32,000 bases of DNA from Mycolicibacterium smegmatis (GCF_001457595.1 NZ_LN831039.1:3480001-3512000), one strand, 5' to 3'; shown: positions 8,759-16,757, counted from the stretch's first letter. Notes: generated by a model from the letters alone, not told the origin. Numbers and translations: made by a program.

Positions 8759-8798
8759 CACGCTCCAGCCCCATGCAGTTGGAGCAGGTCGGAGCGTG
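8759..8798. terminator. hairpin between convergent dctM and the AKR gene
   Basis: CACGCTCC (8759-8766) pairs with GGAGCGTG (8791-8798). An inner alternative is CTCCA/TGGAG. The loop is large and there is no U-tract. Confidence 0.3.
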
Positions 8799-8800
8799 GT

Positions 8801-9844
8801 TCAGCTCTGTACGACGGTGCGGGCGTGTATGGGCGCGTACCGGTCACCGACGATGGTTCCCGGCGCGAAAAGCTCTGAGAGATAGTACGATTCGTCGGCA
8901 CTGAGGGCGACGTTGGTGGCAGCGAGATTCTCTGCGACGTATTCGATGCGCTTGGTGCCGGGAATCGTCACGACCTTGAAGGGGCGTGACAATAACCACG
9001 CCAGTGCCAGTTGGCCGGGCCGGCAGCCCTTTTGGTCGGCCAGCGCCTTGAGTGCGGCCACGGGGGCAAGGTTCATGCCGAGGTTCTCCGCGGTGAAGCG
9101 GGGATTGGTGGCACGCAGGTCACCCTTCACAAAGGTCGCATCTGCGGCCAGCGCTCCGGTGAGCGCAGAGCGGCCCAGCGGGCTGTAGGCGACCAGCGTG
9201 ACCCCCAACGCGGCGCAAGTCTCGGCGATGTCACCCTCGACACCGCGCTCCCATAGGGAGTACTCGCTCTGCAATGCGGCTATCGGATGCACTGCCTGCG
9301 CTCGCCGCAAGGCCTGTGGTCCCACCTCACTGAGTCCGATCGCCCTGACCTTTCCCGCGCTCACCAGCTCAGCCATCGCGCCGACCGTTTCCTCTATAGG
9401 GACTCGTGGGTCCAGCCGGTGGTAGTAGTACAGGTCGATCACATCGGTGTTCAGCCGGCGCAGGCTGGCTTCGCACGCGGCGGTCACATACTCAGGCCGG
9501 CCGTCGATGGCAATCCCGTCGTTGGTTTCGTTGATCCGGGCGGCGAACTTCGTCGCCAGCACCACGTCGTCGCGGCGCCCCGAAATGGCCTTACCGATCA
9601 GCTCCTCATTGTGTCCGAAGCCGCGGATCGGGACGCCCCAGGTGATGTCGGCAGCCCCGTAGACGTCTGAGGTGTCGAGGTGATCCACCCCGAGGTCCAG
9701 CGCTGAGCGGATGGTCCGTATCGCTGTCGAATCGTCGGCTGGCCCGTAGCTTTGCGACATCCCCATGCAACCGAGACCGACGGGTCGAACATTCAGCTCC
9801 GAGTGACCGATCCGCACCCGCGCCGTGCCATCAACTGTCGTCAC
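8801..9844 (-). CDS. aldo/keto reductase
   Basis: 347 aa. AKR-like blocks: GLGCMGMS, HLDTSDVYG, VLATKF, IDLYYYHRLD. Confidence 0.9.
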   Translation of the reverse strand: MTTVDGTARVRIGHSELNVRPVGLGCMGMSQSYGPADDSTAIRTIRSALDLGVDHLDTSDVYGAADITWGVPIRGFGHNEELIGKAISGRRDDVVLATKFAARINETNDGIAIDGRPEYVTAACEASLRRLNTDVIDLYYYHRLDPRVPIEETVGAMAELVSAGKVRAIGLSEVGPQALRRAQAVHPIAALQSEYSLWERGVEGDIAETCAALGVTLVAYSPLGRSALTGALAADATFVKGDLRATNPRFTAENLGMNLAPVAALKALADQKGCRPGQLALAWLLSRPFKVVTIPGTKRIEYVAENLAATNVALSADESYYLSELFAPGTIVGDRYAPIHARTVVQS

Positions 9845-9867
9845 CGTCGAACTCCTCGCGAAATAAG

Positions 9868-9884
9868 TGATAGTTTCACTATCA
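9868..9884. promoter_or_regulatory. perfect 17-bp palindrome, candidate TetR operator
   Basis: The sequence is TGATAGT-TTC-ACTATCA. It is AT-rich and centred in the 67-bp divergent AKR/TetR intergenic region. Confidence 0.5.
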
Positions 9885-9911
9885 GATAGTACGCCTGGAT
9901 CGGAGTTGCCG

Positions 9912-10463
9912 ATGAGAAGCGATGCGACGGCTAACCGCAGCCGATTGATCGCCGCCGCCGAGGAGGTGTTCGCGCAGCACGGAACCCGGGCGACTCTGGA
10001 GGACGTGGCACGAGCCGCAGGGACCGGCCCGGCAACGCTCTACCGGCGGTTCCCGAACAAGGACGCACTGGTCCGCGAAGTGTTGAGTGAATTCTTCGGC
10101 CGCCTGCTGAGGGCCGCTCAGGAGGCGCACGCCGCAACCGACGAGCAATGCCTGAGTGTCTTCCTCTACACCGTGGGCGCTGAACTCGTTCGCAAGAGCG
10201 GGCTGTCAGCCTACGTGTGGGGCGACCTTGCACCAGAACCGCTCGTTGAGGAACTCCGACAGCAATCGGCCGCGCTGCTCTCGCGCGCCCAACGATCCGG
10301 GGCGATCCGGCATGACGTGACGCCTGCCGACGTAACTGCGATCATCTGGGCGCTACGCGGCATCGTCGCGGCCGGTGGCGCTGACGACCTCTGGCGACGA
10401 CACCTCGACACCGTATTGCGCGGGCTGCGCGAGTCCGCCTCAGTAGATCGCCAGGCACCATGA
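9912..10463 (+). CDS. TetR family transcriptional regulator
   Basis: N-terminal HTH: NRSRLIAAAEEVFAQHGTRATLEDVARAAGTGPATLYRRFPNKDAL. ATG at 9912 within ORF 9867..10463. Confidence 0.9.
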   Translation: MRSDATANRSRLIAAAEEVFAQHGTRATLEDVARAAGTGPATLYRRFPNKDALVREVLSEFFGRLLRAAQEAHAATDEQCLSVFLYTVGAELVRKSGLSAYVWGDLAPEPLVEELRQQSAALLSRAQRSGAIRHDVTPADVTAIIWALRGIVAAGGADDLWRRHLDTVLRGLRESASVDRQAP

Positions 10464-10558
10464 ATGCCTGCGCACATGTGGATTGAGCCTTGGCAACACA
10501 TTCGTCCAGTGAGTCCGTTGTTCTCGTTTGTCGAAACACGGACACTCTGAATCCTCGT

Positions 10559-10577
10559 CATCTGGCGCTGCCAGATG
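10559..10577. terminator. short perfect hairpin between convergent genes
   Basis: CATCTGGC-GCT-GCCAGATG gives an 8-bp stem with a 3-nt loop. It lies in a lower-GC spacer. Confidence 0.3.
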
Positions 10578-10657
10578 GTTCGTCCAAAGTCTTGAGACCT
10601 TGCCGTTCGTAGGCGATCTCGCAGCGGGCACGGCCATCGCCTTTCGCCAAACCTGCG

Positions 10658-11269
10658 TCAGACGATTGCACCCTGGATGGCGACTGCGGTCCATGCTCCG
10701 GCGATGACTGCAAGGGCGAATGCCACCCACAACAGAACCCAGTACACGCGAGCGCCACCACGTACTCTCCAGAGCAGGGCGATGCCCACCCCAAGTCCGT
10801 TCGCGGCGACCCCGAGTGCGACCACAGGTAGCGCGAGCAAACACGTGACGAAGAAGACCCCGGAGACCAGCCCCAGGATCACAAGCGCTGCACGCTCCCG
10901 CCCCCGTGCGGGATCGCCCCGGCGGCTGAGGACTGCCTCAAGGACGGTGAACCCGAAGAAAGAAGCGACGAGTCCGCCCATCACGGTCAGTGAGTAGAAC
11001 ACCGGAGCGAACGCGAGCGCCTTGTTGTCGATGGGGACGTCGCCGGTCGCGATGCCGAGGACCACCATCCCCAGGAACAACAGTGCGAGCAGGGTGAGCA
11101 GTGCGATGCCTGAGACGGGTGCACGATCTCCGGCGCCCTCGGATGCATCTCTGCTGCTCACCGTCGTCGTCTCCTCTCGAAGGACCGGATGGACCTCGGG
11201 CTGGGCCTCTTCGCGTTGTAAAGGAGCCAGTGCCTGCGGCGGACGTAGCGAGTCACTGCGATTCATCAC
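10658..11269 (-). CDS. hypothetical integral membrane protein
   Basis: 203 aa. A polar N-terminal ~50 aa is followed by about five hydrophobic helices (IALLTLLALLFLGMVVLGI, FAPVFYSLTVMGGLVASFFGF, ALVILGLVSGVFFVTCLLALPVV and others). Confidence 0.65.
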   Translation of the reverse strand: MMNRSDSLRPPQALAPLQREEAQPEVHPVLREETTTVSSRDASEGAGDRAPVSGIALLTLLALLFLGMVVLGIATGDVPIDNKALAFAPVFYSLTVMGGLVASFFGFTVLEAVLSRRGDPARGRERAALVILGLVSGVFFVTCLLALPVVALGVAANGLGVGIALLWRVRGGARVYWVLLWVAFALAVIAGAWTAVAIQGAIV

Positions 11270-11506
11270 AGTGGACTACGGCGGGATGCCAACAAGATAC
11301 GCCATACTCGCCAGCCGAGTCATGTGGCACGCGAGGTCCTCTCACCTACCACGTCGGGTCGCTGTCATCAAAACGATTCGAAGACAATGACTTCCAGCAA
11401 GGCGGGAAAACGTGCGGCCCACGTTCCGTGGCGAGGGCACACGACCCTTCTCGATTCTCCGCGCGCCCCCTAGGCTGAAAACTGGCAAACGCTGGAGGGG
11501 GTAATC

Positions 11507-11935
11507 ATGGGATCATCAGAACCAACTGACGCGGTCGCGGCATTCTGCGTGGCGTCGGAGACATGTGACGTGGACGGGATGGTCGCGACCTTGGCTACCG
11601 ACGTTGAACTGGTGTCGCCGATATCCGGCCGAATGGTGTTCCGAGGACGAGACGACCTGCGTGTGTTGTTGGCGGCGATATACGGAAGCCTGCGTGAGCT
11701 GAAATGGGCGGATGCCGTGGGCGATGCCACGGTGGCGGTCGCGGTGAGCGAGGGCAACGTTGCCGGCATTCGGATCACGGATGCGTTGGTGTTCGATCTC
11801 GACGAGTCCGGGCAGATCCGCCGGCTCCGGCCACATCTCCGGCCATTGCTCGCCATCATCGTGTTCACGGCGATGCTCGGACCAAAGATGGCCCGACACC
11901 TCGGTGTTGTGCGCCGGGCGTTGTCCCGTCCATAG
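11507..11935 (+). CDS. SnoaL-like / NTF2-fold protein
   Basis: 142 aa. Strong SD GGAGGGGG upstream of the ATG. The N-terminus AFCVASETCDVDGMVATLATDVELVSPISG is typical of SnoaL-like domains. Confidence 0.65.
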   Translation: MGSSEPTDAVAAFCVASETCDVDGMVATLATDVELVSPISGRMVFRGRDDLRVLLAAIYGSLRELKWADAVGDATVAVAVSEGNVAGIRITDALVFDLDESGQIRRLRPHLRPLLAIIVFTAMLGPKMARHLGVVRRALSRP

Positions 11936-12311
11936 CCCGTGCGCCGGCCAACCCGCGTCGGTGGGCCATGTGAGGGTCGGATCATCTTGGATGCCTGAGC
12001 TCCGCCGACGTGTGCGGACCGACTCCCCGCTGCCGGATCACCGCGACCGAATCCGGCCCTGCTCTGCCTGGTTGGAACATCCCTTCGCCGTGCATACGTG
12101 GCCCAGCGCATGCGCAGTTCCGATTGCATTGGCAAGCAAGTCGGTCGAAGCGTGTTCAACGCCGCCGGTCATACGGAATAATTCGTCCATATAGGTCCCT
12201 ATAGAGGGAAACCGGCCGGGCGCTCAGGGGCGACCGCTTCGGATCCTTCGGCGTGGGGCCCGCAGCATTGCCGCCACGCCGAACACGCAACTCAGAGCGG
12301 GAGGAGTCACC

Positions 12312-12497
12312 ATGACCACCACCGTGATCGGTGCCGCCGGCACGCCGGGAACGATTGAGGTGACAGCCTTGCAGTCCGAGAGCACGTGCGTGCGCGCCGC
12401 AGTCCATGACCCAGGCCGATTCTATGTGGCTGCTGGCGAAGATATAGACGTATATCGTCCGGATCGATTCGTCACAACGCCTCGAAGGGCCCAGTGA
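12312..12497 (+). pseudogene. truncated N-terminal remnant of an NmrA-like/NAD(P)-binding protein (61 codons)
   Basis: MTTTVIGAAGTPGTIEVTALQSESTCVRAAVHDPG resembles a Rossmann GxxGxxG start. Compare the intact NmrA-like gene at 13116: VLVVGAAGNAAGHVVTSLAEKEVRVRGFIRD. SD GGGAGGAG precedes the ATG. The ORF stops after 61 codons, just before the TetR GTG. Confidence 0.35.
12441..12456. promoter_or_regulatory. AT-rich inverted repeat, candidate TetR operator or promoter element
   Basis: GATATA-GACG-TATATC. It ends 42 bp upstream of the TetR GTG at 12499. Confidence 0.35.
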
Positions 12498-12498
12498 G

Positions 12499-13119
12499 GT
12501 GACGGTTCACTTGCCCAGACATGAGCCGGCCAGCAGGCACGGTCGACCACTGCGGCGCGACGCTGCCGAGAACCGTGAGCGTGTCCTTGCCGCGGCGGTG
12601 GCACTGTTCGCCCGGGAGGGCCGTGACGTGTCGATGGCCACCATCGCAGATGAAGCCGGCGTCGGCGTCGGCACCTTATATCGGCGATATCCGACCCGTG
12701 AGATGCTGCTGCAAGCCCTCACCGAGCGCTCGTTCGAGTTGGTACTGGGCGCGATCGAACGCGTCCAGCGGGAGTGCGGGCCCGCCATCTGCAAACTCGA
12801 GATGTTCTACGACGCGACCATCGCGCACCGCCAGGAACTGGTGTTACCGCTGCACGGAGGACCCCAGAACCTCAGTGACGCAGCGAAATTCACGCGCAAC
12901 CGCATCAGGGATATCGCCGAGGAGATTCTGGAAGACGGACGGAGCGACCGCACCATCCGCGCCGATGTCACCGCGGCCGACGTGATCGGATTCGGCGCGC
13001 TGCTCGCCCACACACTCTCGAGTGATCCCCAATGGGTGGCGGTGCTGCATCGGCAGAAGCAGATCTATCTCGCGGGCCTCGCACCGAGCGCCCCGGCATT
13101 GGAGGAGTTGCCGACATGA
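12499..13119 (+). CDS. TetR family transcriptional regulator
   Basis: GTG start. HTH: NRERVLAAAVALFAREGRDVSMATIADEAGVGVGTLYRRYPTREML. Confidence 0.9.
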   Translation: MTVHLPRHEPASRHGRPLRRDAAENRERVLAAAVALFAREGRDVSMATIADEAGVGVGTLYRRYPTREMLLQALTERSFELVLGAIERVQRECGPAICKLEMFYDATIAHRQELVLPLHGGPQNLSDAAKFTRNRIRDIAEEILEDGRSDRTIRADVTAADVIGFGALLAHTLSSDPQWVAVLHRQKQIYLAGLAPSAPALEELPT

Positions 13120-14003
13120 CCATCCGAACTGTCCTCGTCGTCGGAGCCGCCGGGAACGCCGCGGGCCATGTGGTGACCTCCCTGGCCGAAAAAGAGGTAC
13201 GGGTGCGCGGATTCATCCGTGATGCCGAGAAGCGTCAGCAAGTCCTGCGCCGGGGAGCCAGTGAGGTCGCCGTCGGCGACCTCAACCGGGTAGAAGATGT
13301 GAAGGCCGCGCTGAGCGATGTCGACGCGGTGTTCTACGTCCCGCCTGCCTTCATCGACGGCGAAGCAGAGCTCGGGGTGGCCTTCGTCGAGCTGGCCCGT
13401 GCCGCGGGCGTGCGCCGATTCGTCTTCTCATCGGTGATCCATCCGTCGCTCGGCTTGCAGAACCATGCCGCGAAAGCTCCCGTCGAGGCTGCTTTGTACG
13501 ACTCGGGCATGGAATACGCCGTCTTCCAACCGGCTTTGTTCTTCCAGAATTATGCGGCCGGGTGGGACGACATCCTTCGAACCGGCGTGTTGGCGGAGCC
13601 GTGGTCGAACGAAACACGGTTCTCCCGTGTGGATTACCGCGATGTCGCCGACGCCGTCGCACTCGCGCTCACGGAGGACCGTCTGGTTGGCGGCACCTAC
13701 GAGGTGGCATCCGCGGGACAACTCGATCGGCACGACGTCGCCGAGTTGATCAGTCGAGTGGTGGGCCGCCCCATCCGCCCGCGCCGAGTCGACCCCGACC
13801 AACTGGACGGCATCAAACCCGCGATGAAGGCGATGTTCAGGCATTACGACCACGCCGGGCTGGTGAGCACCGATGTCACGCTGACCGCTGTCCTGGGGCG
13901 TCCACCACGGACGATCGAGGCCTACTTCCGGGAACTGGCACGGCGTGGATACCCCGACGGAACAAACACCCACGAGAAGGAGAGTCACGATGAGCGCACC
14001 TGA
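13116..14003 (+). CDS. NmrA-like / NAD(P)H-binding SDR-superfamily protein
   Basis: ATG 13116 overlaps the TetR stop as ATGA. Rossmann motif: VLVVGAAGNAAGHV. 295 aa. Confidence 0.85.
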   Translation: MTIRTVLVVGAAGNAAGHVVTSLAEKEVRVRGFIRDAEKRQQVLRRGASEVAVGDLNRVEDVKAALSDVDAVFYVPPAFIDGEAELGVAFVELARAAGVRRFVFSSVIHPSLGLQNHAAKAPVEAALYDSGMEYAVFQPALFFQNYAAGWDDILRTGVLAEPWSNETRFSRVDYRDVADAVALALTEDRLVGGTYEVASAGQLDRHDVAELISRVVGRPIRPRRVDPDQLDGIKPAMKAMFRHYDHAGLVSTDVTLTAVLGRPPRTIEAYFRELARRGYPDGTNTHEKESHDERT

Positions 14004-14418
14004 GGACTGGAACTCGCAGGTAATCCAGGAATTCCGCGCCAACGGCGGCCGAGTTGGCGGGAACTTCGAAGGAGCCCCCATGGTGTTGGTTCACCATGTC
14101 GGCCGCAAGACCGGAAAAGCGGCGGTCACGCCAATGATGTACCTGCCCAGCGACGACGATCCCGGCACGATCTATGTCTTCGCCTCCAAAGCAGGTGCCG
14201 CCTCCAACCCGGCCTGGTACTACAACCTGACCACTGCAGGCACGGCACAGGTCGAAGTCGGAACCGAAACCTACGCGGTCGGTGTCACCGAGGTCACGGG
14301 AGAGGACCGCGACCGCATCTACAGTGAACAAGCCCGTCGTTACCCGGGTTTCGCCGATTACGAGAAGAAGACGGCCGGTATCCGCACCATCCCGGTGCTC
14401 GCCCTCACGCGCACGTAG
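13990..14418 (+). CDS. nitroreductase-family deazaflavin (F420)-dependent oxidoreductase (DUF385/Ddn-like)
   Basis: Family blocks: VIQEFRANGGRVGG, HHVGRKTGK, ASKAGAASNPAWYYNL. The start overlaps the upstream gene by 14 nt. Confidence 0.85.
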   Translation: MSAPEDWNSQVIQEFRANGGRVGGNFEGAPMVLVHHVGRKTGKAAVTPMMYLPSDDDPGTIYVFASKAGAASNPAWYYNLTTAGTAQVEVGTETYAVGVTEVTGEDRDRIYSEQARRYPGFADYEKKTAGIRTIPVLALTRT

Positions 14419-14502
14419 CTGTGCCCATGCGTGCCTGCCGACAGGCGCCTGTAACGAGCGACCGCTACGTTTGGACCGGAAACGAGTTGAGAGGAGTCGG
14501 GC

Positions 14503-15069
14503 ATGAGCACGCAGACACGTGCCACCTACCGCACGATGGCCGAGGGTACCGCTGAGGACTACAGGCTGATCAGTCGTGCCGAAGAGGCGAACAATGCCGG
14601 GTTGGTGCCCCGCGTCCTCTCACTGGTGGAAGCCCTTGCCGACGGTGAGCAGGCCTATCCGATCAGTCGACTCGACCACTCACTGCAGTCCGCGACCAGG
14701 GCTTTCGACGATGGTCGGCCAGTCGACTACGTGGTGGCGGCGCTTCTGCACGACATCGGTGACACGTACGCGCCCCATGCTCATGGCGCATTCGCCGCAG
14801 CAGTCCTCGCCCCGTATGTGCCGGAGCGGTTGGCCTGGATCGTGAAGACCCACCCCGAATTTCAGCAGTACTACTACGCGCCGCACATGGGCGGCAACCG
14901 AGACGCTCGGGAACGGTATCGCGGCCACCAGTGGTTCGACGACTGCGTGGAATTCTGCGAGAAGTACGACCAGAACTGTTTCGACTCGCAGTTCGAGCAT
15001 CGTCCGCTCGATTTCTTCGCACCGATGGTGGAGCAGGTCTTCGCCCGCGAACCGTGGTCGGTGCACTGA
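14503..15069 (+). CDS. HD-domain protein (MIOX/PhnZ-like diiron-oxygenase-type HD fold suspected)
   Basis: Candidate metal-ligand pattern: LDHSLQ, ALLHDIGD, HAHGAF, KTHPEF, EKYDQNCFD. SD GAGAGGAG precedes the ATG. Confidence 0.75.
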   Translation: MSTQTRATYRTMAEGTAEDYRLISRAEEANNAGLVPRVLSLVEALADGEQAYPISRLDHSLQSATRAFDDGRPVDYVVAALLHDIGDTYAPHAHGAFAAAVLAPYVPERLAWIVKTHPEFQQYYYAPHMGGNRDARERYRGHQWFDDCVEFCEKYDQNCFDSQFEHRPLDFFAPMVEQVFAREPWSVH

Positions 15070-15309
15070 TCTGAACCCGGCCCCCGCTCGCGGTCCAACT
15101 CTCGTGTGCTTCACGCGGGCACCCGCTTGGAGAAGCCCCCGCGCGATCATCGTCCCGATTCCCCTGTCGTTTCCGTGATGCCTCAAGCTAGGCGGCATTC
15201 CGGACGCCAAGGAGATCTCCGTGTCAGGGGTACCGTCAATGCCCCTTGTCAGTCGCTGAAGCGACCGCCCCGGGTGCTCGGAGGGCCTGATCGCGGTGGA
15301 CACTATGGC

Positions 15310-15861
15310 GTGGCCCTTTCTGCAACAGTGTTCAAAGTCGAACTCGACGTCTCCGACGTCGATCACGGTTACTACGCCGATCACGCACTGACCGTGGCCC
15401 GTCATCCCAGTGAGACCGATGAGCGGATGGTGATGCGGTTGTTGGCGTTCGGGTTGCGCGCACACCGACTCAGCGATCTCGACGGTAAATTGGCGTTCGG
15501 GCCGGGCCTGTCCACCCCTGGCGTACCGGACGTACGACTTGCGGACTACACGGGCCGCGTCCTGGAGTGGATCGTCGTCGGCCAGCCCGATGATCGGGTC
15601 CTGGGCAAGGCGGCCAGCCAGGCCGACCACGTCCTGTTGTTCCCATTCGCCGCCGGCGTGCCCACCTGGTGGCGCACCATGGAAGCCAAGGTGGCGAAGC
15701 TGTCGAACCTGTCTGTGGTGCAGATACCGCACGCGCCCGTGCAGCAACTGGCCCAGGCAGTGGATCGACGGATCTCGGCGCAGGTGATGGTGATGGAAGG
15801 TCAGGTGACGATGACTGTGGGCGGTATCGACGTCACCTTCACGCCCGAGCGCTTGAAGTAA
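15310..15861 (+). CDS. yaeQ: YaeQ family protein
   Basis: The GTG start gives (M)ALSATVFKVELDVSDVDHGYYADHALTVARHPSETDERMVMRLLAF. This closely parallels the E. coli YaeQ N-terminus as I recall it (MALKATIYKA...[21 protein letters not shown]). The upstream part of ORF 15106..15861 is not YaeQ-like. Confidence 0.85.
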   Translation: MALSATVFKVELDVSDVDHGYYADHALTVARHPSETDERMVMRLLAFGLRAHRLSDLDGKLAFGPGLSTPGVPDVRLADYTGRVLEWIVVGQPDDRVLGKAASQADHVLLFPFAAGVPTWWRTMEAKVAKLSNLSVVQIPHAPVQQLAQAVDRRISAQVMVMEGQVTMTVGGIDVTFTPERLK

Positions 15862-15870
15862 ACGCCGGAG

Positions 15871-15891
15871 CCCAGGGGGTGCTCCCCCGGG
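15871..15891 (+). terminator. GC-rich hairpin after yaeQ
   Basis: CCCAGGGGG-TGC-TCCCCCGGG gives a 9-bp stem with one mismatch and one G-U pair. It starts 10 nt after the stop codon. Confidence 0.3.
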
Positions 15892-16008
15892 CAGTTTCCT
15901 GCCGCATCCGTGCCGCGCTGGCTCCCCGACTGACGCACAGCAGGTCACGCCAGATCCGGCAACGCCAATGTTGTGTCCTGAAACACCTCGCCTCACCGCC
16001 GAGATGTC

Positions 16009-16038
16009 TTGACGCACGAATCGGCGCCTGCGTACAGT
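16009..16038 (+). promoter_or_regulatory. candidate sigma-A-type promoter
   Basis: TTGACG (16009-16014), an 18-nt spacer, then TACAGT (16033-16038), which fits TANNNT. It lies about 170 nt upstream of the tautomerase ATG. Confidence 0.3.
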
Positions 16039-16205
16039 CAACTATACCGAGCGTCATACCTAGTCCGAACCAGTCCCCCGGGTATCCGTGTCGAAACCTT
16101 CGCCATACCGGAACCGCTCTGGCGCTACACGCCGGCCGAGGGGATCGTTCCACCCGAAACACGCTCGGACACAACCACAATGTGAACATCGAAAGGAAGA
16201 ACATC

Positions 16206-16637
16206 ATGCCGCTCTATCAGATCGACACAGTGAAAGGGAGGCTGACCCCGTCCGTCAAGGCGGAGATCGCCAACAAGGTCACCGACATACACTGCCAACT
16301 CACCGGGGCGCCGGACACCTTCGTCAATGTCGTTTTCCGCGAGTACACCGAGGGCGATTGCTTCGTCGCACGCAAGCCTGAAGGGCGTTCGTTTCTGGGT
16401 GGCCAGATCCGGCACGGGCGCTCCGTGGAAACACGCCAGGCGATGCTGAAAGCGTTGCGGGACATGTGGGTGCAGACCACGGGCCAATCCGAGGCCGAGC
16501 TCATCGTCGGCATATCCGAAGTGGATCCCCGAATGGTGCTAGAAGCGGGATTCTTCATGCCGGAGCCGGGCCAGGAGAAGGCGTGGTTCGAAGAGCACCA
16601 TGCCAGACTCGCTGAGTTGGGCGTGCAGGCCGGCTGA
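16206..16637 (+). CDS. tautomerase-superfamily protein, cis-CaaD/Cg10062-like (143 aa)
   Basis: Starts MP (Pro-1). Blocks: RLTPSVKAEIANKVTDIHCQLTG, IRHGRS, EAGFFMPEPGQEKAWF. SD GAAAGGAAG. This is the C-terminal part of ORF 15669..16637. Confidence 0.8.
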   Translation: MPLYQIDTVKGRLTPSVKAEIANKVTDIHCQLTGAPDTFVNVVFREYTEGDCFVARKPEGRSFLGGQIRHGRSVETRQAMLKALRDMWVQTTGQSEAELIVGISEVDPRMVLEAGFFMPEPGQEKAWFEEHHARLAELGVQAG

Positions 16638-16671
16638 CCACTGCGGTCCAGAAGCAGGGTTCCCGTGACAG

Positions 16672-16709
16672 CGCGGACTGCTCCTCTCGAGAGGAGTGGT
16701 CCGCGCTGA
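16672..16709. terminator. long bidirectional hairpin between the convergent tautomerase and TetR genes
   Basis: AGCGCGGAC-TG-CTCCTC-TCGA-GAGGAG-TG-GTCCGCGCT forms about a 17-bp stem, including two G-U pairs. The core CTCCTCTCGAGAGGAG is a perfect 16-nt palindrome. Confidence 0.6.
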
Positions 16710-16757
16710 GTCGCCTATTTCTGCGCGGGACGATGCCACCGCCCCGGTTCGGGGCTC

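Noticed and set aside
11470-12159. 229-aa minus-strand ORF.
   Set aside because: It lies antisense to the SnoaL-like gene. It is extremely Arg/Ser/Thr-rich and has no motif support.
12038-12190. 50-aa minus-strand ORF: MDELFRMTGGVEHASTDLLANAIGTAHALGHVCTAKGCSNQAEQGRIRSR.
   Set aside because: It is short, has no SD and matches no family I recognise. It lies in a region that looks like decayed DNA.
14680-16041. 453-aa minus-strand ORF.
   Set aside because: It lies antisense to the HD-domain and YaeQ genes. It is Arg/His/Gly/Pro-rich and low-complexity, which is the typical shadow ORF of a high-GC genome. The plus-strand genes carry specific family motifs.
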